From NCBI RefSeq assembly GCF_003351905.1, contig NZ_CP022339.1:600001-632000 (forward strand): 32,000 nt of DNA, written 5' to 3'. The translations under genes were made by a program, and so were the position numbers. A model generated the notes under the pieces. That model was not told the DNA's origin. It saw only the letters and a list, made by a program, of their open reading frames with translations, and ran no database searches. Position 1 is the first letter of the stretch. The number at the start of each line of letters is the position of its first letter. Origin of the DNA: Candidatus Saccharimonadota bacterium (GTDB taxonomy: Bacteria; Bacteroidota; Bacteroidia; Cytophagales; Amoebophilaceae). Shown here piece by piece: positions 26,405-32,000 of this stretch.

Positions 26405-27334
26405 GTGTTTCACTCTAGCAAATCATATTACAAAAATCTAATGCGTTTACTTTTTAATTCAGCATCTTCTGTAGTGTCTATGCCCCTGCGTACGCTATCA
26501 GATCTCTTGTGTCAAGCGCTAGCATTGCCTATACCCAACCTATTAGAATGTCGTGCTATAGTGCAGCAGTTGTTGGGTGCCTATTTACAGGTTGAGCTGG
26601 AAGATTATATTATCAATCCATTGTGTACCATTTCACCTACCCTTCAAAAGAAGTTTTTAGATGCAGTCAGTAGGCTAAACAAGCATGAGCCTATTCAATA
26701 CGTTATTGGTGCTACTTATTTTGCAGGCAATCGCTTGAAAGTAACGCCTGCTGTACTTATTCCACGACCAGAAACAGAGGAATGGGTCACATTTTTAATG
26801 CATCAACTTGCGCCTCCCACCTCTATCCTAGACATAGGAACCGGCAGTGGTTGTATTGCCATTACCCTCAAGCAGCACTTCCCACAGGCAGCAGTAGATG
26901 CCATTGATATCAGCAAAGAAGCACTAGCCATTGCTGCTTATAATGCAGCGCAGTTAGGTGTAGCTGTGCATTTTATAGAAATGGATATTCTAAACGAGCC
27001 ACTTCCTGCCACGCATTGGTCTTTAATCGTTAGCAATCCTCCCTATGTGCGTATGCAGGAGCAGTCCTTTATGCATGCAAATGTGCTAGACTATGAGCCC
27101 CATTTAGCTTTGTTTGTGCATGATGGATTGCTATTTTATAGGCGGATTATCCAACTTGCGGTGCGTCATTTGCGTCTCAATGGCATACTCTGTTTAGAAA
27201 TCAATGAAGCATTAGGCGAAAAGATTGTAGATTTGCTATATCGTGCAAATTTTAAGCAAATATGCTTATATAAGGATATGCATCAAAAAGAAAGATGGGT
27301 GATAGCCGTGCTCGAAGGTAGGCATGGTAGCTGA
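26405..27334 (+). CDS. prmC: Peptide chain release factor N5-glutamine methyltransferase (PrmC/HemK)
   Basis: PIQYVIGATYFAGNRLKVTPAVLIPRPETE, SAM motif ILDIGTGSGCIAI, catalytic VSNPPY. The N-terminal start is uncertain: GTG 26405, or downstream ATG 26441 or ATG 26480. Confidence 0.88.
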   Translation: MFHSSKSYYKNLMRLLFNSASSVVSMPLRTLSDLLCQALALPIPNLLECRAIVQQLLGAYLQVELEDYIINPLCTISPTLQKKFLDAVSRLNKHEPIQYVIGATYFAGNRLKVTPAVLIPRPETEEWVTFLMHQLAPPTSILDIGTGSGCIAITLKQHFPQAAVDAIDISKEALAIAAYNAAQLGVAVHFIEMDILNEPLPATHWSLIVSNPPYVRMQEQSFMHANVLDYEPHLALFVHDGLLFYRRIIQLAVRHLRLNGILCLEINEALGEKIVDLLYRANFKQICLYKDMHQKERWVIAVLEGRHGS

Positions 27335-27365
27335 GTATACATTTCAATATTGGTATTTAATAACT

Positions 27366-28223
27366 ATGCGATCCCTATTAAAAATACGAAACTTATTCCT
27401 GATCATTGCCCATGCATGGTTTAACGTTGCCCCAGTTGGGGCCAATCCCAGTAATCAGGTGCCAGGTAGCAGGTATGCTTGGTCCCCTGAAAAAGCAGAT
27501 CCTCCGCTGGAAGTAGCCAATAGACCTGAAGGCCATCTGCCTATAGAAGACAAGGCGGGTTTGCCCTTGGTCAAAGGGGGCCATAGCAATGTAATGGATC
27601 TTTTAGACCGATTTTTGGTTGCTAAGCCCATGCAGATACCTAGCTACATTCCTCTTGTACAGCAGATTGGGCTGAGGATAAATTGGTTGACCTTCCTACG
27701 GAACTTGTGGCCCAATGGACAGAGACGTTATGGGGGAGGGGTTGATCTCCATTTCCGTGGTCCCATACAGTTGTCGATTGATTTTGGCTATTTGTCTGAT
27801 CAGCCCAAAGAGATAAGTTATACCAACACATTAAGCTATCGGTCAAAAGGTGGATATGGTTTAGGCGCCCTGTTGTATGTCTTCCATCTTAATCGTCTGA
27901 GTAATGCTTATTTTGGTATTGCCTATGGGCAGAGTCGCTTTGACCTGATTACCTTTTTTAATGATCATACCTCTAGCGTTAAGTCCTTTGTAGCAGGTTG
28001 GATAAAGTGCATGGGCGTCTCTGAACTTAGATTAGCAGCGCAACTCTATGGCGGTATACAGTTTAGCATAGCCCACTTTTTGCATGGCAAACAAAATGAT
28101 GATCCGCGTGTATCGAACTATGCTATTCCAGGCTATGGCCAAGTAGTACATAAAATCATGCCCGATATGGTATTGTATCTTAAATGGCGTATTTCTTTCT
28201 TAGAAAAGAAAATCGTTATTTAG
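27366..28223 (+). CDS. Hypothetical secreted or outer-membrane protein (possible beta-barrel)
   Basis: ATG 27366 gives the signal-like N-terminus MRSLLKIRNLFLIIAHAWFNVAPVGA. The C-terminal two-thirds show alternating hydrophobic patterns with Gly/Tyr-rich turns (YGLGALLYVFHL, YFGIAYGQSRFDL, LYGGIQFSIAHF). I recognised no family. Confidence 0.5.
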   Translation: MRSLLKIRNLFLIIAHAWFNVAPVGANPSNQVPGSRYAWSPEKADPPLEVANRPEGHLPIEDKAGLPLVKGGHSNVMDLLDRFLVAKPMQIPSYIPLVQQIGLRINWLTFLRNLWPNGQRRYGGGVDLHFRGPIQLSIDFGYLSDQPKEISYTNTLSYRSKGGYGLGALLYVFHLNRLSNAYFGIAYGQSRFDLITFFNDHTSSVKSFVAGWIKCMGVSELRLAAQLYGGIQFSIAHFLHGKQNDDPRVSNYAIPGYGQVVHKIMPDMVLYLKWRISFLEKKIVI

Positions 28224-28278
28224 ATATATGGTGTGCCACACCATAAAAACCATAGAACAGCTTTTTAATTTTAATAAC

Positions 28279-29229
28279 ATGTCCAAACTAGCTGTTATTG
28301 ATTTAGGTACGAATGTTATAAATGTATTGGTAGGAGTAGTGGATCAAGAAACATATACCATACTCTACGAAGAAAAAATTACAAGAGCAATGGTACAGCA
28401 TCCCTTGTACGGGATGCATATCTCATTAGAAGAGCAAAACAATATCGTAGCTACCTTAGTAGCGATTAAAAGAAAGTTAGATATAGATGGCGTTCGTTGT
28501 ATTGTTGCCAAGGCGACCAGCCTCTTACGTGATGCACCTAATGCAGCTGAGGTCATTGAAGCGATTCGTCTTGAAACAGATATTCAAGTAGAAGTTATTT
28601 CCGGTATAGAGGAGGCTACGTTAATTTATCATGGTATTAATTCTTGCTTTACCTTAACAGATGCACACGGCTTGATTATTGATATAGGCGGTGGGAGTGT
28701 GGAGTCTATTATCTTTAACCATTTCGAACCATTATGGGAAAGAAGCTTTGAACTCGGCATACGTCGTGTTGCTGCTCAGTTTGCTTATAGCGACCCTATT
28801 ACCCCTCCTCAAGTAGCCCTTTTAGAAAACTATTATCGTACAGCTTTGGCCCCTTTGTTTGTGGCCACTAAGCGCTATAGGCCCAGTCAACTCATTGGCA
28901 GTTCTGGTGCTTTCCGTACATTGTTGATGTTGTACAAATGCCACTATAACTTTTTACCTATTCAAACAAAAAATAGTAGTATAAAAAGGGTGTCGGCAGA
29001 GCAGTTTTTTAACATTTATCATGTTATACAAACCACACCTGTGCATATTTGGCAAAAACAGCTTGCTATTGAACCCGTTTTTTTAAAACTAATCCCCTTA
29101 TCAGCTATCCTTATTAAGGTGATTCTGACCACATGTAAGCTACAAGAGATCATTATTTCAGACACTTCTCTAAGAACAGGTTTATTTATACGAGAGTGGG
29201 GCCGCTTAAAACAAGAAAAGCTGATTTAA
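28279..29229 (+). CDS. Ppx/GppA family phosphatase, short form (actin-like ATPase domains only)
   Basis: ATG 28279 gives MSKLAVIDLGTNVINVLV (the phosphate-1 motif DxGxN). DIGGGSVE is the phosphate-2 motif. At ~317 aa it lacks the C-terminal extension of E. coli Ppx. Confidence 0.8.
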   Translation: MSKLAVIDLGTNVINVLVGVVDQETYTILYEEKITRAMVQHPLYGMHISLEEQNNIVATLVAIKRKLDIDGVRCIVAKATSLLRDAPNAAEVIEAIRLETDIQVEVISGIEEATLIYHGINSCFTLTDAHGLIIDIGGGSVESIIFNHFEPLWERSFELGIRRVAAQFAYSDPITPPQVALLENYYRTALAPLFVATKRYRPSQLIGSSGAFRTLLMLYKCHYNFLPIQTKNSSIKRVSAEQFFNIYHVIQTTPVHIWQKQLAIEPVFLKLIPLSAILIKVILTTCKLQEIIISDTSLRTGLFIREWGRLKQEKLI

Positions 29230-29640
29230 AGGGTTACAACAACCATTTAGCTCCTGTAGATATAGGTGCAATGTGATCGTCCGCAATGCAACTTATCTGA
29301 CACGCACCTTATGGAGCCTAATATAATGCAGTTTGCTACAAACTTTTTGGATTGTTTCGATAATAACTGTAGATTAATGATGTTTTTTCTATTATGCTCT
29401 ATTGTTTTGTTTTTTGTTTATGATATCTTTTAAAACTGGTTTTGCCATTGCGATCGCATTATACATGATTACAATGAATTATTTGTTGTTTCATTACGTA
29501 CGGGACAAATACTTTCGTAAGTAAGGTTAAGATAGCATGTGTAGCTATGGTTTTGTGCACGTATGCCCTTTTTTCATCAGCGCTTGATTTTTGTATACTG
29601 TTTTATCAAGAAAGAAGTGCAATATAAATGTCTTATTGTT

Positions 29641-29870
29641 TGTTGCATTTTTCTATGTTATTTTATATTTATCTCCTAGTTTAGGGTATGGATATTACCA
29701 CAGCAAGGCGTTTAGTTAAGTCGTGTTTTAACGGTGTAGGGGCTACACCTATAGCTGAGAAAAGCATGAAACATAGGTATATTTTTATATTGTGGTTACT
29801 CCTATTAAGTAGTTGCCATACGGGCATTAGGCAAGGTGTGCATCCTGTGGATCCCTCTTTTACTGCGGGT
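29641..29870 (+). repeat. Copy 1 of the conserved upstream/5'UTR/signal-peptide cassette of the lipoprotein family
   Basis: It aligns by eye with 30301-30530 and 31781-32000. The block 29781-29870 is nearly identical to 30441-30530. Confidence 0.8.
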
Positions 29871-30143
29871 GCTGATGGTTTTGTTGGTGTTGAGGCGTGC
29901 GCAGAAAGACCTATTGATGCTTATCCACAAACTCATGGTGCTGTTTATTTGATGACTGCTCCTCGTCCTGTTACGCCCGCTGCTGCTGTTGTTGCCGCGG
30001 TGGATACTGCTATTACTCGTTGGGTTAGGTCTATCTCTACGTCTGTCTCTACGTTTATCTTTAGGCCTATCTCTCGTGCTATTAATTATCTTGTGCCTTT
30101 TGTGCCTTGTTATCGTGTGCGTGATCCTGCTGCTCAAGCCTAA
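29766..30143 (+). CDS. Small lipoprotein, family member 1 (MKHRYIFILWLLLLSSC...)
   Basis: Internal ATG 29766 is preferred over the track start at 29688 because it aligns with the starts of the paralogs. Lipobox LLSSC. The body is rich in NNT codons and contains a 12-nt tandem repeat. Confidence 0.65.
   Translation: MKHRYIFILWLLLLSSCHTGIRQGVHPVDPSFTAGADGFVGVEACAERPIDAYPQTHGAVYLMTAPRPVTPAAAVVAAVDTAITRWVRSISTSVSTFIFRPISRAINYLVPFVPCYRVRDPAAQA
30030..30077 (+). repeat. Four imperfect tandem 12-nt units (tctatctctacg / tctgtctctacg / tttatctttagg / cctatctctcgt)
   Basis: Read directly. The units are in frame and encode SIST-SVST-FIFR-PISR. Confidence 0.85.
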
Positions 30144-30300
30144 GCAAAATAGTTCTACTATGTGCTTCGTATAGATTGTTATATTTCCTTTTATACCTTT
30201 TTTTACTAGTTTTTCAAATATACTTTCTTCAACTCAACCCTTGCGCTGCAAAAGGTTTACCCACTAAAACTTTTGTACTATACCTTTATAATAAAATTTA

Positions 30301-30530
30301 TTTCCATCTATATAGTTGTATTTTTCTTATATTTTTTTAAATAATCTATTGATATGCAAATTTAGATAGTAAGCCATTGCGTAAAATTGTTTTTTAGCGG
30401 TGTAATGTTAAACGTATAACTCGGTATGGAACATGGACGCATTTTTATATTGTGGTTACTCCTATTAAGTGGTTGCCATACGGACATTAAGCAGGATGTG
30501 CATCCTGGGGATCCCTCTTTTGTTGCGGGT
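30301..30530 (+). repeat. Copy 2 of the conserved upstream/5'UTR/signal-peptide cassette
   Basis: See copy 1. Shared strings include ttttta(a/g)cggtgta, atttttatattgtggttactcctattaagt and gtgcatcctg.ggatccctctttt. Confidence 0.8.
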
Positions 30531-31637
30531 CCCATGTATCTTACGCATGCTTCTGGTGCTGCTGATTTTGATTCTTCTGTTGCTTCTGCTTTTATGACTG
30601 CTGCGGCTGCTCGTGTGGATGCGGCTGATGCGGATGCGGCTGCTCGTGCTGCGGCTGCTCGTGCCAATACTGCTCTTGCGCGTGCTTTCCCTCTTGATGG
30701 TGGTACGCCTGTTCGGGCTACTATTTCTGGGTCTGCTGTTTTTGCTTGTACTAATGCTGCCGCTGCTTATATGCGTGTTGCTGCATCTGCTGCTGCAGCA
30801 GCAGATGCGTATCTAGTTGCTGCGCGTGCTGCGTATGATGTTGGCCATCCGGTTGCTTATGCCCATGCTTCTGGCTATGCTGATGCATATACTTGTACTT
30901 CTGTTTCTGCTTTGACTGCTGCGGCGTCTTTTGATGCTGCTGCTAAGGCTGCTGCTGTTTCGCATGTGGTTGCTGCTAAGGCTGCTGTTGCTGTTTCGCA
31001 TGCCGGTGATCATGCTGCTGTTTTTGCTGCTGCTGCTAGGGCTGCTGCTACTAAGGCTGCTACCTATGCTACTTCTGTGGCTCGTTCTGCTAATTTGTCT
31101 ACTACAGTTGGCTGTATACGTATGGTTTCTGCTCATGTTGCTTCTATTGCTTCTGCTGCCCGTGCTGCTCATACGGCTCGTGTTGAGGCTGATTCTGCAA
31201 CTCATTCTGCAGATTGTGCTAGGGTTTATGCATATACTGCTCATGCTGCTGTTTCTGCTGCTGCTGCTATTTGTGCACATGCTGATGCTGTGTTTGCGAC
31301 TACTGATGCTGTATTTGCTTATGACCGTGTGGTTGAGGTTGCTGATGCACATATTAATAATGCACGTAAAATTGCTTCTATTAGGGTCCATAATGATACG
31401 GCTTCTGCTGCTTATGAGCGTGCCAGTTCTGCTTCTGTTGATGCTGCTACTGCTGCTGCTGGAGCTACTAAAGCAGCAGCAGCAGTGAGTCGTTTTGCTG
31501 CTGTAGCTGATGTTTCGTCTGTTGAGTCTTCTGTTTCGGATCTATTTGCTGCTGCTGCTCGTGCTGCTGCTGTTGTTGTTGACGCTATTCGTCTGCATGC
31601 TGCTACTGCTGCGAATGCTGTTGCTGCTGCCATATAA
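30426..31637 (+). CDS. Alanine-rich low-complexity lipoprotein, family member 2
   Basis: 403 aa. Signal MEHGRIFILWLLLLSGC with lipobox LLSGC. The mature part is dominated by Ala with Ser/Val/Asp/His/Tyr/Thr/Arg, and codons mostly end in T. The frame was chosen for continuity with the conserved signal peptide and the position-3 T periodicity. Confidence 0.65.
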   Translation: MEHGRIFILWLLLLSGCHTDIKQDVHPGDPSFVAGPMYLTHASGAADFDSSVASAFMTAAAARVDAADADAAARAAAARANTALARAFPLDGGTPVRATISGSAVFACTNAAAAYMRVAASAAAAADAYLVAARAAYDVGHPVAYAHASGYADAYTCTSVSALTAAASFDAAAKAAAVSHVVAAKAAVAVSHAGDHAAVFAAAARAAATKAATYATSVARSANLSTTVGCIRMVSAHVASIASAARAAHTARVEADSATHSADCARVYAYTAHAAVSAAAAICAHADAVFATTDAVFAYDRVVEVADAHINNARKIASIRVHNDTASAAYERASSASVDAATAAAGATKAAAAVSRFAAVADVSSVESSVSDLFAAAARAAAVVVDAIRLHAATAANAVAAAI

Positions 31638-31780
31638 AAGCAGCCTGTATAGATGCTGCTCCGGGAATGGTGGCTATTTAAGGATAGCCCCATTGTAAAA
31701 TTTACGTCATAAGGTGCTTTTTTTCAGTACATTCTATTGCATTACCCATGCATGCATAGCGTAATCGACTTCCATGCATC

Positions 31781-32000
31781 TGGTTGTATATTTCTATGTT
31801 TATTTATATAATAACTTATGGTATGAATAATAATTACCCAATGCCCAGGCAGGTTGCTTAAGGTGTTTTTAACGATGTAATGCAAAACGCATAGCTAAGG
31901 AAAACATGGAACATAAAAAAGTTTTTGTACTGTGGTTATTAACGTTAGGTGGATGTAATGCGCTGGTGAAGCACCATATGCATGCTGTAAGTGAATCCTG
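31781..32000 (+). repeat. Copy 3 (more diverged) of the conserved cassette, running off the window
   Basis: tttctatgtttatttatata, ggtatgaataataattaccc and gtgtttttaacgatgtaatg are collinear with copies 1 and 2. Confidence 0.7.
31906..32000 (+). CDS. Lipoprotein family member 3, 5' end only (MEHKKVFVLWLLTLGGCNALVKHHMHAVSES...)
   Basis: An ATG at 31906 lies in the same cassette context, with lipobox LTLGGC. The frame is open to the window end. Confidence 0.6.
   Translation, partial: MEHKKVFVLWLLTLGGCNALVKHHMHAVSES

Noticed and set aside
29805-30174. ORFs 29805-30137 (-) and 29989-30174 (+) overlapping lipoprotein paralog 1
   Set aside because: The same compositional artefact applies. They are low-complexity Arg/Ser or Leu strings with no start context.
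30362-31698. Long overlapping ORFs in other frames and on the minus strand of the Ala-rich gene (e.g. 30613-30816, 30931-31488 and 31510-31698 Leu-rich on the + strand; 30813-31391 Ser-rich on the - strand; 30362-30667 and 31412-31693 Ala-rich on the - strand)
   Set aside because: They follow from stop-codon depletion in an A-poor GCT-type repeat. They lack signal or start context and do not line up with the conserved cassette. Only the + frame continuous with the lipoprotein signal peptide has independent support.
29641-32000. Diversity-generating retroelement (DGR) or invertase-driven shufflon as the source of the lipoprotein variability
   Set aside because: The window contains no reverse transcriptase, template repeat, recombinase gene or inverted cassette copies. 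All three cassettes are in direct orientation.
1-32000. CRISPR arrays, rRNA genes, IS elements, transposases, integrases or prophage genes
   Set aside because: I scanned the intergenic regions and the ORF translations. I saw no regularly spaced repeats, no rRNA-like sequence, and no DDE/HUH/tyrosine-recombinase-like proteins.

Overview
This 32-kb window looks like the chromosome of an AT-rich, obligately intracellular Bacteroidota-type symbiont (Amoebophilus/Cardinium-like). That placement is my inference from gene content; no database search was possible. The housekeeping backbone comprises murC, a GT2 glycosyltransferase, a Na+/solute symporter, mnmE, truA, an NhaP2/CvrA-type K+/H+ antiporter, lpdA, a crotonase, rpsA, tRNA-Cys, tRNA-Leu, hflX, prmC and a short Ppx/GppA. 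Interleaved with it are host-interaction and accessory genes. (1) At the left edge, a partial ATP/ADP translocase (NTT/Tlc) follows a 252-aa ORF on the same strand that reads as a three-repeat mitochondrial-carrier-family (MCF)-like protein. (2) A membrane-anchored protein combines a mucin-like Pro/Thr/Lys linker with ankyrin repeats. (3) A VapB/PIN pair whose toxin has no canonical start codon upstream of its catalytic Asp. (4) Tandem DcuA/B-type C4-dicarboxylate transporter paralogs, one of them strongly diverged. (5) Two tandem paralogous lipoprotein-signal proteins; the longer one carries ankyrin repeats and a C-terminal bipartite NLS-like motif. (6) A RelA/SpoT homolog cut down to its N-terminal half, with a degenerate hydrolase motif. 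The most unusual locus is 29.6-32.0 kb. Three co-oriented lipoprotein genes share a conserved upstream/5'UTR/signal-peptide cassette but have unrelated low-complexity bodies. One body is a 403-aa Ala-rich ORF built largely of NNT (especially GCT) codons on an A-depleted strand, leaving all six frames open. I saw no rRNA, CRISPR array, transposase or integrase.
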